From a virus, in the UHGV virus genome UHGV-0364294: a stretch of DNA of 20,105 nucleotides, one strand, 5' to 3'. A program made the position numbers and the translations under genes. Each line of letters opens with the position of its first letter. The first letter of the stretch is position 1. The notes beneath the pieces are model-generated. The model worked only from the letters and a program-made list of their open reading frames with translations. It searched no databases and was not told where the DNA came from. This document shows, one piece after another, positions 9,142 to 19,771 of the stretch.

Positions 9142-10091
9142 TGCTCCGCGATTATCTTGATGGTTGTGGCAGTAAACGCCGCCACATTTGACTGGATGGT
9201 TAACGTACTGCCATTTGTGGCAAGAAAGCCGTCTTTATCCACGCTGAAGAACGTAGCTAACAGGATGTTATCGGTTGTTGTCGCCGAGTTGCGACTGCTT
9301 ACCAGTGTGTCAGGAACAGATCCGGAAAAGGTTAGCTGCATTGACCTGTTTGCGGTTCCGCTGGGCCACGTCCCGACAATCGACAGCTTGAAGAACAGGG
9401 TTTTGTTCTCGTTGAAAACAACCATCTTGTTGTTATCAGTATCGAAGAATGGTGCCAACGTCCCGGATGACGGCGTGAGCGTTTTCAGCAGGCTAACAAG
9501 GTTGGTCGGCGCTGTTGGAATGGTTACCGATACTCCTGAGTAAACAACCTCTGATTTCTTGCGCGTGGTGGCATACTCAAGCGCAGATATTCTTGTTGAG
9601 TGATCACCAACTGTGCTTTGTAGCGTCGAAATACTTCCCTCTGCCGCTGTGAGCCTGGTATCAAGTGCGTTGATATCGGTTGTATTCTGAGTTATTCGCG
9701 CATCATGGTTTGCTAACTCAGATTCATTGGCAGCAATTCGCGTCTCGTGATCAGCCAGCTCTGTTTCGGCAGCCGTAATCCTTGTTTCATGATCTGCAAG
9801 AGTGCTTTCCGCTGCTGCGATTCTATGTTCATGATTGACGAGAGTTGCTTCAGCAGCAGCAATTCTGGATTCATGGTCTGCAAGGGTGACATCCTGCTCA
9901 TCATTCTTCACCTGTGCATCATAAGCTCCCTTCCCTGCTTCGTTGGCCTTGTTAGCCACGTTACCAACATCAGTACCCTGTGCGATAACGTACAGCAGAT
10001 ATGACTGCGAGAAGATATTGCGTGGAAGGACTGATGTGTCGAGTCGTGTAGCCTGAATGATTACCGGCTCATTGAGATTCGAATCAGCCAT
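9138..10091 (-). CDS. Tail needle (P22 gp26-like) with central coiled-coil repeats and an extended beta-rich C-terminal domain
   Basis: The real start is the ATG at 10089-10091 (TAATG overlap with the gp10-like stop). [43 protein letters not shown]...[14 protein letters not shown] matches the P22 gp26 N-terminus as I recall it. 317 aa versus about 233 aa in P22. The track ORF of 351 aa is over-extended. Confidence 0.85.
   Translation of the reverse strand: MADSNLNEPVIIQATRLDTSVLPRNIFSQSYLLYVIAQGTDVGNVANKANEAGKGAYDAQVKNDEQDVTLADHESRIAAAEATLVNHEHRIAAAESTLADHETRITAAETELADHETRIAANESELANHDARITQNTTDINALDTRLTAAEGSISTLQSTVGDHSTRISALEYATTRKKSEVVYSGVSVTIPTAPTNLVSLLKTLTPSSGTLAPFFDTDNNKMVVFNENKTLFFKLSIVGTWPSGTANRSMQLTFSGSVPDTLVSSRNSATTTDNILLATFFSVDKDGFLATNGSTLTIQSNVAAFTATTIKIIAEQ
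9636..9887 (-). repeat. About six imperfect tandem 42-nt repeats encoding 14-residue (two-heptad) units of the tail-needle coiled coil
   Basis: Protein repeats [14 protein letters not shown] / [14 protein letters not shown] / [14 protein letters not shown] / [14 protein letters not shown] / [14 protein letters not shown] / [14 protein letters not shown]; the 42-nt periodicity is visible in the DNA. Confidence 0.7.
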
Positions 10092-11509
10092 TACTCGATC
10101 CTTATCTGGCAGCCAGACAGAGTGACAGGTGACTTCGTGATAACGCGCAATTTGAAGCCGACATTTTTCCTGATGCGCCCGACTCGCTTCCACAAAACAC
10201 GCTTGTCGTAAACGAACGGTTCATTCTGCTCAATCATCTGCTCACGACCGTAATTGATGCCATCAGTGGTTGCCGAGAGGAACAGGCGGTCGGCGTACTG
10301 AGCGACCCCCGTCGATGATTCCACCTCCAGATCAAAGCATCTGGCGTTATCTGCTTTGAAGAGTGGAGTAAACAGCAGGTGTTCTTGCTGTAGCCCATAC
10401 TGGCTGCTGATGTCGAACTGCAATTTTCCGGTCACGGACTCCAGCTTATCGCCGCACGTTATCTGATTGCCTTCGTAAATGAAGTCGATAGCGCGGTACA
10501 CATCGTCATACAGGCCTGTTTTCAGCACACACCATTGCGGACCATTGGCGCTTGAAGATGCGTCGTACACAAGGACGTGACGCGAAAGATGGATAATCAG
10601 CAACTCATGAGCATCAAACCGCAACGATTCCATCACACCATCAGCCAGTTCATCAGCAGTGTAGGAGCGGAGGATTTTCTCAATGCTCGCGCTGGCGATT
10701 GGTGATACCTGACCGGAGCCGATGATGTATACAGACGGAGCACCTGTTGCCGGATTGCTGATAAACGCATAGGAATCAGCAAACGGCGTTTTGCAGTAAG
10801 TTCCGGCAATGCCTTTCTGCACCATCAGTGATGGCTGTGCGACATACAAAGCGGCACCAACGGTGGTTGCCCCAGTCAGGGAAAAATATTCAATCGTCGA
10901 TGAACCAAAGCAGACGATGAAGTCTCGCCATGTTCCGATGCCGAGGATACCGTCCGGCTGCGATTCTGCGCGATATTGTGCGCTGTAACGGTCAGGATGC
11001 GATTCGTCTTCAAGGTCAGTGATAAACCATGAATCCGTGCCGTCTTTTGACCACGCATAACGCCCACGTAAACGCGTAATGTCGCGAACCGAACCTAACT
11101 CATACTGAGTGAATCCGCTGTCTGTAGGCCAGTTTGAGACTGTTTTAACCGTTCCATCATAGCGATACTCGACCAGTTGACCATTAACGCCTACCGCCTG
11201 AGATGTTCGACCATGCGCCATTGATACGCGACCACTTCCGGCAACATCACCGACCTCGCTTTCGCCCTTATACAACTTGCCACCGCAAACGCGATAAACA
11301 GCATTCTGCGCCATGTTGTACTCGACACCGCGCGATACACCATTCACATCAGAGCGTTTGGCAATGCCAGGGAATGAGCGAAGATATCCACTGCTGTTGA
11401 GGATTTCTTTGGGGGTTGCCAGCATATTCACTGGCAGATAGTCGATATAGTCGGCGTTTCGAAAGTCTTTGCCGACACCTTTCATAAGCGGAAGTTGCTG
11501 AATCGGCAT
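10091..11509 (-). CDS. Tail accessory/hub protein, P22 gp10-like
   Basis: 472 aa (same as P22 gp10); position between the gp4-like gene and the tail needle. Confidence 0.8.
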   Translation of the reverse strand: MPIQQLPLMKGVGKDFRNADYIDYLPVNMLATPKEILNSSGYLRSFPGIAKRSDVNGVSRGVEYNMAQNAVYRVCGGKLYKGESEVGDVAGSGRVSMAHGRTSQAVGVNGQLVEYRYDGTVKTVSNWPTDSGFTQYELGSVRDITRLRGRYAWSKDGTDSWFITDLEDESHPDRYSAQYRAESQPDGILGIGTWRDFIVCFGSSTIEYFSLTGATTVGAALYVAQPSLMVQKGIAGTYCKTPFADSYAFISNPATGAPSVYIIGSGQVSPIASASIEKILRSYTADELADGVMESLRFDAHELLIIHLSRHVLVYDASSSANGPQWCVLKTGLYDDVYRAIDFIYEGNQITCGDKLESVTGKLQFDISSQYGLQQEHLLFTPLFKADNARCFDLEVESSTGVAQYADRLFLSATTDGINYGREQMIEQNEPFVYDKRVLWKRVGRIRKNVGFKLRVITKSPVTLSGCQIRIE

Positions 11510-12009
11510 TATTCGCTCCCGTTATCGCAAGGTTCCTTTCGCTGGAAGTAATTCCAACCGTTCCACTTCGCCAACTGGTTACCACTACCAACAGGCATAC
11601 GGTTTGGATAACCGGACTTACATTTAGCGGCTTTTGCTCTGTCCATTGCAGACAGTTTGACGAGTCTCTCTTTCCCGTATCTGGCAGTGGTTATAAGTTT
11701 TGCAGACGCTTCCAGCGCATAATCCGGAGCAATGCGGCAGGCAAGGTTGAAAATGACGGCATTGATAGCGTTATTTGATAAACCGTGCTCATCGCCCGGA
11801 TCTGGAGCGACATCTGCATCAGCGAAAATGTAGCCAACGTTGATACCAGGTGACACATCACCGCCAAGCCATTCAGCCATCATCATTTCAAGGTCGTTGA
11901 CGCCGTCTTCCATAGACTGCGGTTCGACATCGGTTAACGTGGCATTTGATGCCACACCGAGCTTACGTAATGCCGCAAGAACTAAATCACCCTTCGTTGT
12001 CAGGTTCAT
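11509..12009 (-). CDS. Tail accessory (head-completion) protein, P22 gp4-like
   Basis: Start at 12007-12009 with AAGGCGG 7-8 nt upstream. [33 protein letters not shown]...[14 protein letters not shown] matches P22 gp4 as I recall it. The 196-aa track ORF has an N-terminal extension with no RBS. Confidence 0.85.
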   Translation of the reverse strand: MNLTTKGDLVLAALRKLGVASNATLTDVEPQSMEDGVNDLEMMMAEWLGGDVSPGINVGYIFADADVAPDPGDEHGLSNNAINAVIFNLACRIAPDYALEASAKLITTARYGKERLVKLSAMDRAKAAKCKSGYPNRMPVGSGNQLAKWNGWNYFQRKEPCDNGSE

Positions 12010-12235
12010 CTGCTGCCGCCTTAGGTTTTCGACCAGGCTTTTTACGCTGTTTTTCTTCTGGCTCTGGCTCTGGCTCTGGCTCTGGCTCTGCAACATCATT
12101 CAGAAGATTATCAGGATGTGCAAACCAGCCAGCATCCAGATATTCCTGAAGCTCTTCGGCTTTCACGATTTCAAAGTCGTATCCAACGCCTTTCCATTTC
12201 TTCATGTCGCCATGACGAAAGATCATGTGTGTCAT
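11987..12235 (-). CDS. Small hypothetical protein (82 aa) with a (EP)n linker and a basic C-terminal tail; overlaps the gp4 start by 23 nt
   Basis: ATG (MTHMIF...) preceded by GGAGA with 5-nt spacing, directly after the coat-distal hairpin. The product contains [12 protein letters not shown] followed by [11 protein letters not shown]. No homolog recognised. Confidence 0.4.
   Translation of the reverse strand: MTHMIFRHGDMKKWKGVGYDFEIVKAEELQEYLDAGWFAHPDNLLNDVAEPEPEPEPEPEEKQRKKPGRKPKAAADEPDNEG
12061..12090. repeat. Perfect hexanucleotide tandem repeat (GCTCTG)x5
   Basis: Read directly from the sequence; encodes (EP)n in the small-ORF frame and (SQ)n in the gp4 frame. Confidence 0.95.
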
Positions 12236-12249
12236 GCTTGTCTCCAGAT

Positions 12250-12271
12250 AAAAAAGGGAGCCGAAGCTCCC
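12250..12271 (-). terminator. Intrinsic terminator/attenuator-like hairpin immediately downstream of the coat gene
   Basis: Minus strand reads GGGAGC-TTCG-GCTCCC followed by TTTTTT (GC-rich 6-bp stem, tetraloop, T6), 8 nt after the coat stop codon. Confidence 0.55.
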
Positions 12272-12279
12272 TCTGGTTA

Positions 12280-13575
12280 TCACGCAGTCTGGTTAGGCAG
12301 ACCAACACCAATTGCCTCTGGTCGTACAGCACATGCTGAATACCACACAGCAATACGGCACTTACCAGACAGAGTGTTGATATCACCCTGCGTTGCGAAG
12401 ATGCCGTTAACACCAATACCTGGAATGCTGAAGGAAGAAGTTTTCATGCCAGCAAACAGTTCATGGGTTACCGGAATCGGCTGAGACAGCAGGCGGATTG
12501 AGTCATCAGCCCAGAACACGTTAGCGGTGGTTGTTGCCACGTTCAGAACGTTTACCGGAGTGGTATTAGCAAGAGAGGTGTTTACGTTAGCGTAAGCCTT
12601 CTCTTCTTTTGTCAGTGACGCGTCATCCAGCGCAATCGGCTTCGGCGTGATTTCGATGTGAGTACTATCGATCACTCGGGTGATTGAGAAAGTCGCATCA
12701 TCAGTCAGCACGTTCTTCGCCATCTGAGACAGGAATTTCACACCAGTGAAGCTGATTTTGTCGCCGCGCTTAAATCCGGTGGTGGAGGATACGGTCACCG
12801 TTGCAACACGGTTGTCGACGTTCTCCTTGTTACCATCGGTATCAAGGGTGTATGCCTGCGGCTTAAACTTCTGCGCTCCAGACACAGTTACACCAGTAGC
12901 GGTTGACTTGGTAACTGCCGGAAGTTTCGGTGAGCGAAGAATTTCATCAAAGCCAGCAATCTGACGCTGAATAGTACCGTTGCGATACGCTTCTTCAGGA
13001 ACGCGACCGAAGATGTCACCATCTACCAGGTTGCGGCCTGCTTTGCGGTAATCGTCAGGATTCAGGAAGTAACTGATGCCCATATCGCGGTTTAGCTCAC
13101 GGGAGAACATCAGTCGCTCTGCATCAGACACAAAATCCCATCCAGACAGGCCAGTAGATGGACCAATTGCGCGGGTATCGTGAACAACAAGCGAGCCCAT
13201 TTCAGTTGCCTGTTTGGCAATTGCTGACTCAATGTTATTCGCCAGTTTTTTGGCGGATGCCTGGATGCGGCGACGGTAAGAACGCTCATCACGCAGGTCA
13301 TCTGCACGAAGCTCGAAGAAATCGTTATCCGGATCGCCCATGTTGCATTTCACGGAGAGTTCCAGAATCCCGGTTGCGTTGTCAGTTAAATCCCAGCCAG
13401 TCTGGGTTGGCGCTTCCTGCTCAACAGGCATCCACACGGTGTTGCTTGAACGCTGCATTGATTCTGCCGGAGGGGTGTATTTTGTCACTTTGGACGCCAT
13501 TGGCGTCAGGTTCTGGACGGTTTCGATGATTTCATCCAGAGCATATGTGACCAGTTGACCTTCATTTAATGCCAT
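12280..13575 (-). CDS. Major capsid (coat) protein, P22 gp5-like (HK97 fold)
   Basis: 431 aa; [20 protein letters not shown]...[15 protein letters not shown]...[10 protein letters not shown]...GVGLPNQTA matches the P22 coat protein as I recall it; TAATG overlap with the scaffold gene. Confidence 0.92.
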   Translation of the reverse strand: MALNEGQLVTYALDEIIETVQNLTPMASKVTKYTPPAESMQRSSNTVWMPVEQEAPTQTGWDLTDNATGILELSVKCNMGDPDNDFFELRADDLRDERSYRRRIQASAKKLANNIESAIAKQATEMGSLVVHDTRAIGPSTGLSGWDFVSDAERLMFSRELNRDMGISYFLNPDDYRKAGRNLVDGDIFGRVPEEAYRNGTIQRQIAGFDEILRSPKLPAVTKSTATGVTVSGAQKFKPQAYTLDTDGNKENVDNRVATVTVSSTTGFKRGDKISFTGVKFLSQMAKNVLTDDATFSITRVIDSTHIEITPKPIALDDASLTKEEKAYANVNTSLANTTPVNVLNVATTTANVFWADDSIRLLSQPIPVTHELFAGMKTSSFSIPGIGVNGIFATQGDINTLSGKCRIAVWYSACAVRPEAIGVGLPNQTA

Positions 13576-14486
13576 TATCGAATTCCTTTATTCAGTTGCG
13601 CCTTAAGCTTGCGGTACGTCTCTACATCCCCTTTGTTTGCTGCCGCTTCCATCTGCTTTTCAATCGCAGAGATATTTGCAGCAACAGCGTGTCCCTGAAT
13701 GGGTTCATCAGGTAACGGGGCTTCTGAAACAGGCTTTGCTCGAGGCTTGAGAGTTAAACGTTCTGACAGTCGAGTGAGTTCAATCAGCGCGGATTGCCCG
13801 TCCATCGCCAGCAACTGGCGTGTTTTCTCAGGATTAGCACCAAGGTGATACATGAGAGCAGCGGATTTCTCCGGGAAGAGGCGCATGATGTCGGCACCGA
13901 CTGCTGTCGGCACCAGTTGCATGAATGCATCCTCTTTCTCCTGATAGTCAGGGATATTGAGCTTTTCCGCTGCGTCGTAGTGCTTACGGGCTGCCTCGAC
14001 GTATTGCGCTGATTGCTGGGTGAACTCCTGAGTTTTGCGACCCTGCTCGGCGACAGCCTGGCTTCGTGCGTCCATAGCCTTGATCTGCCATTCACTGTTT
14101 GCCTGCTGGAAGGCAGCCAGTGCGCGGCTCTGGTCATAGTCGTACTTAGCCAGTGCATCTTCGGAAAGATAATCGTTAGGGTCTGGTTGTTTTGGTAACT
14201 CAGGGTTCACCCGCAGGTGCTCCGGCAACTCTCCACGCTTAACCGCTTCCATCTGCTGCTCAAGCTCACGCTGGCGTTTGCGTTCGATGCGGCGACGGGC
14301 AAATTCAGCATTAGTTGCCGGGTCTTGTTTTGGTTTCTCATCGTCTTTCAGGACAATCTCAAAGCCTTCTTCCTGACCTGCACTGTCGTTGGCATTATCG
14401 ACAACTAAGCCATCAGCAGATGCCGCTGCATGATTGCCGGGCAGGGTTAATTCTTCAGAAGCCTGAATGTCGGTGGTTTGGTCCAT
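13575..14486 (-). CDS. Scaffolding protein, P22 gp8-like
   Basis: 303 aa (same as P22 gp8); [46 protein letters not shown]... and the C-terminus ...[11 protein letters not shown] match P22 scaffold as I recall it. Confidence 0.9.
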   Translation of the reverse strand: MDQTTDIQASEELTLPGNHAAASADGLVVDNANDSAGQEEGFEIVLKDDEKPKQDPATNAEFARRRIERKRQRELEQQMEAVKRGELPEHLRVNPELPKQPDPNDYLSEDALAKYDYDQSRALAAFQQANSEWQIKAMDARSQAVAEQGRKTQEFTQQSAQYVEAARKHYDAAEKLNIPDYQEKEDAFMQLVPTAVGADIMRLFPEKSAALMYHLGANPEKTRQLLAMDGQSALIELTRLSERLTLKPRAKPVSEAPLPDEPIQGHAVAANISAIEKQMEAAANKGDVETYRKLKAQLNKGIR

Positions 14487-14499
14487 GGTTAACTCTCTC

Positions 14500-16665
14500 T
14501 TATTGAGGTGTCTCGGCTACTCCGCCGGAGGGGATTTGAACTTGACGCATAAGATTCGCGAAATCCATGCGTTGTGAATGAGTCTGGTCTGCATCTTTAA
14601 GAAGCAGCTCAGCGTTAGCACGAGCATCTTTGCTGCGCTGTTGCTGGAATTGACCTACGAGCTTGAGGTACTCACGCAGTTCTGCCTGCTTGTCGAGGTC
14701 CATATTGTTGAAGATTTCTGCAATCTTCGCGGCGTTGAGTTGGTTTTGGGCTTCAACCTTGGCGGCTTCAACCTGAATCTGCGCCTGTTGGTTCTCTGCC
14801 TTGAGCAATTCAGCCTGACCTTGCAGAAGGATACCCTGCGCCTGAATTTGCTCTGCTGATGGCTGCTGCGGCTGCTGTTGAGCCTGCTGTACCATCTCCA
14901 TCTCTTCAGGTGTTTCTGGTTTCTTCAGCCCCATCATCACCAGTTGCTTGTTCGCGTACTCTCGCATCATCTCGACGCCTTTACCGTCAAGCAGCGTGAA
15001 GTATTGCAGCATCAGCATCTGGAACTCTGGAGTACCTTGCGGAACCTTGGTGAGCAACTCCTGAATCTCTGCGCGGTTCTGTTCCTTCATACTCTGGAAG
15101 GATGGTCCAACGTCTGTATAGCACTCATAGCGACCGCGAATGTCGTTGAGTGTGACCACATTGCCGGACTGGTAATCGACAACTTGCGCGTAGAGTTGAA
15201 CGTCTTTCTCGCTACCATCTTCAAGTGTCAGCGTTACATGGCGAGGAACGTCATAAATATCGTTGACCATTGAGGCATAAATCTCGCCATCACGTCGCAT
15301 TGCGGTAGCTAGGTTATCCTGAAACACGTATGTCTCAAGGTCTGCCCGCATGTTCAGTTGATTGACGGTATCGAAAGCGACCTGAGAGTTTGCTGCCTGC
15401 GCATCCACACCAAGACTAGCCACCTCTTTCACTGCGTTGGTGGCAGCCTCAAGCATGTAAGCGTTGGCTTGCGGCACTTCAGGGTTTTCCATGTAGGAGA
15501 TTGGGCCAATCGGCAGGTCGTTACCGTTTTCATCGGTCTTGTTCTGCAGATAGTACGGATAGTCATCATTTCCACCGTACATGTATTCGTAGCCTTCGAT
15601 TTGCTCAGGGAAGAAGGTCGGTTTCTTCTTCGGTGAACGAGCAACAATATCGGCGTTGAATGACATGATCATGTTACGAAGGCGCTGACCGTCTTTCGTC
15701 AGCCTTACCACTCCTTCGTAGCACTCCTTGTCACCAGCGAATGACCATTCGCCATACACTGGAACGATTGGAATATGCTCTCCGGCTATCTTCTCGCGGT
15801 CTTTCAGTATCTGCGTGCAGGTGATGATCGACTTATACACACGCCGACGCTTCACCTTGCGCTCTGCTACCTTAATGAATCCACGATTAGCCAGGTCGTC
15901 GATGACGTCTTTGATATCTTGCTGGTAATAGCTGACCGGCTCACCTGTCAGCGGGTCGCGGTAGATGAAGACCTTCTCTTTCTTCTCTTCGACCTCGTAA
16001 TACTCAGCGACGTAGACGACATCATTCGATACCCACGGAAACAGCCATGTATCGTTCGGATTCTGGAAAGATGGCAGCGTGTCAGGATCAATACCGTAAT
16101 CCTCTGCGAACTCTTTCCAGCCATTGCGTGACAAAGCGTTAATCACCGTGCAGTGCTTAGCGTCGCTCTTATCCATCTGCTTGCTGTTTGCGTCCCATAT
16201 GACGTGTGAGCAGGCCTCATGGATTGGCAGGCGTCGGATTACCTGATTGTTGCTTGTTGGATCGTTGTCTTCGTACTGCGTGACCAGACGCCATGCACCA
16301 ACGCCGGACTCTATCTGCTCACGAACGCCAACGTTAACGGCAATTTTTGCCGTGTTATGGCGCATATCAGTACGATACATCCCCATCAGCACATCGGCAG
16401 CATCAGGATTAGCACCGTCTTTTGGTCGGAAGAGAACGTCGATAGGGTTCCGGCGCATCTCTGCGACCAACTTCCTGACAACCGGGCGGACAACATCGAA
16501 TTGTCCGCGATACTGCAGGGTGGTGTAGTTTGATAGCCAGTCATCCCATTGCGACACTCGGCTAAAATACAGGTCATTTGTCGCCTCGGTTCTGGCTTCA
16601 TCGCTCGCCATCCAGTCTGCGTCAAACTTACACAGAATGGAATTGAGTCTGTTTTCGTCGGCCAT
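14500..16665 (-). CDS. Portal protein, P22 gp1-like
   Basis: 721 aa (P22 portal about 725 aa); extensive match to the P22 portal as I recall it, including the Q-rich C-terminal barrel region ending ...SGGVAETPQ. Confidence 0.9.
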   Translation of the reverse strand: MADENRLNSILCKFDADWMASDEARTEATNDLYFSRVSQWDDWLSNYTTLQYRGQFDVVRPVVRKLVAEMRRNPIDVLFRPKDGANPDAADVLMGMYRTDMRHNTAKIAVNVGVREQIESGVGAWRLVTQYEDNDPTSNNQVIRRLPIHEACSHVIWDANSKQMDKSDAKHCTVINALSRNGWKEFAEDYGIDPDTLPSFQNPNDTWLFPWVSNDVVYVAEYYEVEEKKEKVFIYRDPLTGEPVSYYQQDIKDVIDDLANRGFIKVAERKVKRRRVYKSIITCTQILKDREKIAGEHIPIVPVYGEWSFAGDKECYEGVVRLTKDGQRLRNMIMSFNADIVARSPKKKPTFFPEQIEGYEYMYGGNDDYPYYLQNKTDENGNDLPIGPISYMENPEVPQANAYMLEAATNAVKEVASLGVDAQAANSQVAFDTVNQLNMRADLETYVFQDNLATAMRRDGEIYASMVNDIYDVPRHVTLTLEDGSEKDVQLYAQVVDYQSGNVVTLNDIRGRYECYTDVGPSFQSMKEQNRAEIQELLTKVPQGTPEFQMLMLQYFTLLDGKGVEMMREYANKQLVMMGLKKPETPEEMEMVQQAQQQPQQPSAEQIQAQGILLQGQAELLKAENQQAQIQVEAAKVEAQNQLNAAKIAEIFNNMDLDKQAELREYLKLVGQFQQQRSKDARANAELLLKDADQTHSQRMDFANLMRQVQIPSGGVAETPQ

Positions 16666-18165
16666 TTAAGTTCTCCGTGCGATGGGCCTGATTGGGGCTG
16701 GTATCTTTTTCTCTTTTGGTTTTTTGATGTCGCGCATCATTTTTGCGAAGCGACGCATCATGTATGCATAGCGAACGGCGGATAGCACGTCGTCGTTAAG
16801 CTTGACGATCTTCCCGTTTTCATCACGGTGATAGAGGCGGAACTCCTCAAAGAATGGCTCACAGGTGTTGAATACTTTGAAGCGACCATCGAGCATCATG
16901 TCTCGCAATTCAGTGATGCCAGGCTCAACAGCATTACCGCCATCAGGCCATGTCGCATGCTCCTGCAACATCATAAATCCAGCGTCTGCATACTGCCCTT
17001 TGAGCTGCTCACCACCGCCCTTCTCATGCTGGTTTCCGTCATGAGGCCATGCGGTTGGCACTTTATGCGCCCATGATTTAACAGCTCCCCACGCCTGAAC
17101 GGCTGTCTTTTCTTTCGCCTTCCACACGCGTGAAACGTAGATTGTGTCTGCGTCCTTATCCCACCAAAGCTGAACCTGCGCCTGCGGGTGATCCCATCCG
17201 AAATCCATCCCGCCAATTACGTAGAAGTGATCAGGGCACTCAAACGGCTGACACTTAATCGTCTCTTCCGGTATCTGGAAGATTCGCCCGCTACCCATCG
17301 TAGGAATACCGCGAGCACGCGCCTCTCTCTCATGCTCAGGATAGGATGCGATGATTTGCTCTTTCTGCTCGTCGGTGTAGTGCTCAGCGTCATAGATGGT
17401 CATGTTGACCACTTTCTGCGACTTGCTTGGATTCTTCAGGAACTTGGTAACAACGTCAGACATCCCCATCAGCGGGGTAAACGTCAGAATTGAGAATTGC
17501 CCGTATTTGTTGGTACGGGTAAGACCTTCGCCATAAATGCTGTATGGTGGCTCTTCGTCAAACCACACGCCGTGGATTGTGTCACCCTGCCAGCGAGCAC
17601 GGCCTTGCGAGTATGGCTTGAAGTAGCAGATTGAAATGCCATCTTCAACGCCATCAGCCGTGTGATGCTTAACCAGAAGATGATCAACAAGGTTCGGAAA
17701 GAAAGGAGACTTCTTCCAGCTAATGATGTCCTCTTTCGGTATTGAACCGTAGCCCGGTTCATCATTCTCTTCAATACGACCGCACAGGATGCGTTGAGTC
17801 GTTTTGGTTACCGTCTCGTTTGTCTCGCCGCCAATCCAGAAGACAACAGGCTCATAGAAACGCTTACCTTTCCACTCACCGCCATATTTACCATCAGCAG
17901 GATAGCCTTTTGTGCCCGGATAACGCCCTGTAAGGTGAAACGCGACTTCAGCAGCACCAGTAAATGACTTACCAAGCTGGTTACCAGCCATAAAACATCG
18001 CTCTGGATAGTCATGCCCGGCGTCGATGAACTCACGCTGTTTGCTGTATGGCGTAAATTCATATAGCAGGTGTGTGTTACGGTAGTTCTCTTCTTCTTCG
18101 AGTAGCTCGAGCAATTCGATTTGCTCTTCGTCGCTCAGGTTATCAAGAATCGCGTCCAGTTCCAC
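16666..18165 (-). CDS. Terminase large subunit, P22 gp2-like
   Basis: 499 aa; [37 protein letters not shown]... matches P22 TerL as I recall it; overlaps the small-terminase gene by 23 nt. Confidence 0.93.
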   Translation of the reverse strand: MELDAILDNLSDEEQIELLELLEEEENYRNTHLLYEFTPYSKQREFIDAGHDYPERCFMAGNQLGKSFTGAAEVAFHLTGRYPGTKGYPADGKYGGEWKGKRFYEPVVFWIGGETNETVTKTTQRILCGRIEENDEPGYGSIPKEDIISWKKSPFFPNLVDHLLVKHHTADGVEDGISICYFKPYSQGRARWQGDTIHGVWFDEEPPYSIYGEGLTRTNKYGQFSILTFTPLMGMSDVVTKFLKNPSKSQKVVNMTIYDAEHYTDEQKEQIIASYPEHEREARARGIPTMGSGRIFQIPEETIKCQPFECPDHFYVIGGMDFGWDHPQAQVQLWWDKDADTIYVSRVWKAKEKTAVQAWGAVKSWAHKVPTAWPHDGNQHEKGGGEQLKGQYADAGFMMLQEHATWPDGGNAVEPGITELRDMMLDGRFKVFNTCEPFFEEFRLYHRDENGKIVKLNDDVLSAVRYAYMMRRFAKMMRDIKKPKEKKIPAPIRPIARRT

Positions 18166-18637
18166 GGTTGAATAGCTCCTTGATACGAGATCGTCGCTTA
18201 TCGCGATCTCCCTTATCAGGTGTCACGTCTTCAACTTGCGACTGCTCTTTGAGGCCCAAATCACGGGCGATGATGTTAGCGTTGAGAAGGTCAGCGGCTG
18301 CGCCAGAGAATTTCTGGTCGTAGATGATGTCTTCCGCTCGTGATGTGACGTCAGAAAAACCTTCCATTGACCGGAAGGTCCCCCATGTTTGCCTGGTGAT
18401 ATCAAGGAAGGTACACAATCCTGAAATAGTCATGGCTCGCATCTTAGGGACATTAGCCTTAATTATTTCTCCCTGATATGAAAATACCTTACCCTCCCAT
18501 AGCGGGTTATCATCAGCCCACTCGAAGTATTCACAACAAGCAGCCCACAGCGCCTCAGGCGATTCGAATTTAGGGTTTCGCCCATGACTACTGCGGGCCT
18601 CCCAAAATCGGTTGCCCTTTGGTGCTGCCATATTCAT
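18143..18637 (-). CDS. Terminase small subunit, P22 gp3-like
   Basis: [40 protein letters not shown]...[24 protein letters not shown] matches P22 gp3 as I recall it; the start may be the ATG at 18637 or at 18631. Confidence 0.9.
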   Translation of the reverse strand: MNMAAPKGNRFWEARSSHGRNPKFESPEALWAACCEYFEWADDNPLWEGKVFSYQGEIIKANVPKMRAMTISGLCTFLDITRQTWGTFRSMEGFSDVTSRAEDIIYDQKFSGAAADLLNANIIARDLGLKEQSQVEDVTPDKGDRDKRRSRIKELFNRGTGRDS

Positions 18638-18666
18638 CTCACTTAGTTGTTATTTCAGGTTGAGCA

Positions 18667-18909
18667 TCATGCTCCGGTAGTGAACAGGTCTAACGCTTCC
18701 TTAGATTTACGCACCGCTTCGAATGTGCGGATCGTGATATCCGAATTAGCGCCGCCTGACTGGAAGTGAATTTTGAATAGCTCAAGCTTCAGTTCGTCAG
18801 TGCCAATGAACTGAAATGCTTCCTCTGCGGCTGCGTTCTGGTTCATGACCAGTTTGTAAATCTCTAACTGGAATTTCTGTTCTTCAGTCATGGGAATAAT
18901 CTCTGCCAT
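18667..18909 (-). CDS. Small hypothetical protein (80 aa), positional equivalent of P22 orf80 upstream of terminase
   Basis: ATG preceded by ACGGAG; acidic 80-aa product; the position and length recall the small ORF before gene 3 in P22. Confidence 0.5.
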   Translation of the reverse strand: MAEIIPMTEEQKFQLEIYKLVMNQNAAAEEAFQFIGTDELKLELFKIHFQSGGANSDITIRTFEAVRKSKEALDLFTTGA

Positions 18910-19012
18910 TGTTGGCTCCGTTTATCCGTTAAAAGGGATATCAGTTAAGTTATCCCGTGTAGGGTATAAGCCATTATCAAAGCCACTCTGTAGGGAATGG
19001 CTTTTGTAATAA

Positions 19013-19393
19013 CTACTGTTCGCTTAGCTTCTGCTTCAGCAAGTAACCTTCGAGCATCCAGATTTTGTTTACAGCATTTTGCCGGGCAATCTTCCGACCA
19101 ATTTCTGCATCAAAGTTTTCCGTGCTTGCACAGGCACTCTCTCCGGTGACGGTGAAGCCATTCTTCAGCACCAGTACGCAGAAAGTGAGCAACTTCAATG
19201 GTGATAAATCACGATCGCCTTCTTCTGGTTTTTCCCTGCCACAATATTCGTTGCTGGAAATGGCACCATTACGTCCATCATAAGCAGTAAAGTAATGCTC
19301 GCTTTTAATCACGTCTTCGATGTGCTGCGGAGTGATTCGCGGTGCCGTTTTGCCTTTCTCAACGATTTCTTTTTCGATTTGCTGGTCGTTCAT
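19013..19393 (-). CDS. Conserved phage protein, likely Phage_gp49_66 (N4 gp49 / Sf6 gp66) family; function unknown
   Basis: 126 aa with a HYFTAYDG...LTFCVLVLKNGFTVTGESACASTENFDAEIGRKIARQNA pattern that I recall as characteristic of this family. Located between the lysis and terminase genes. Confidence 0.55.
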   Translation of the reverse strand: MNDQQIEKEIVEKGKTAPRITPQHIEDVIKSEHYFTAYDGRNGAISSNEYCGREKPEEGDRDLSPLKLLTFCVLVLKNGFTVTGESACASTENFDAEIGRKIARQNAVNKIWMLEGYLLKQKLSEQ

Positions 19394-19771
19394 AATTATG
19401 ACCCTGTGGAGTGGTTGCTTGATTAGGATGTCTTTCCATCAGTCCGCCACCACAAAGAATCTTTTTTGCCATCAGGCAGGAGGTTCATCTTTCAGTGGCT
19501 GCCAGTGTTATTTCCCCACTTACTGGCTTGGGTTGTTTCGCGGTACTGCCGTAACTGGTTGCCCAGAATAAATTCCGGTTTCATTATCAAGCCCACCCGT
19601 AGATAGGCTTTGTAATGAACCGGCTCTTATCTCAACGCCGCCCCTTACCGCGCGCCATATGCTTAACTTCAAGCATCAGCAATGAGATGTTTAATCTGGA
19701 TTCACTCCAGAAGTGATCACCACCCTGTCTACAGAGCCAGATGTGAAGGATGATGAGTAAAATTATCGCTA

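Noticed and set aside
8818-9543. 241-aa plus-strand ORF antisense to the gp14-like and tail needle genes
   Set aside because: Overlaps two syntenic structural genes on the opposite strand; no RBS or independent support.
10091-10193. N-terminal extension of the tail needle ORF (351-aa version)
   Set aside because: The extension overlaps the gp10-like coding region; the homologous gp26 N-terminus begins at the ATG at 10091, which forms a TAATG stop-start overlap.
11509-12099. 196-aa extended form of gp4 beginning [14 protein letters not shown]
   Set aside because: No RBS precedes the upstream ATG, whereas the internal ATG at 12009 has AAGGCGG upstream and matches the P22 gp4 N-terminus; the extension is probably not translated, though this is not excluded.
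11840-12484. 214-aa plus-strand ORF spanning the gp4/coat junction, and other antisense ORFs within portal, terminase and ejection genes
   Set aside because: All are antisense to conserved P22-like structural genes and none has a recognisable start context; treated as spurious six-frame artefacts.
18931-19005. Two hairpins between the 126-aa and 80-aa genes (GGGATA/TATCCC with a 10-nt loop; AAGCCATT/AATGGCTT with a 20-nt loop)
   Set aside because: The loops are large and the T-runs are short or on the wrong side; too weak to call terminators, though they could be RNA structure or processing sites.
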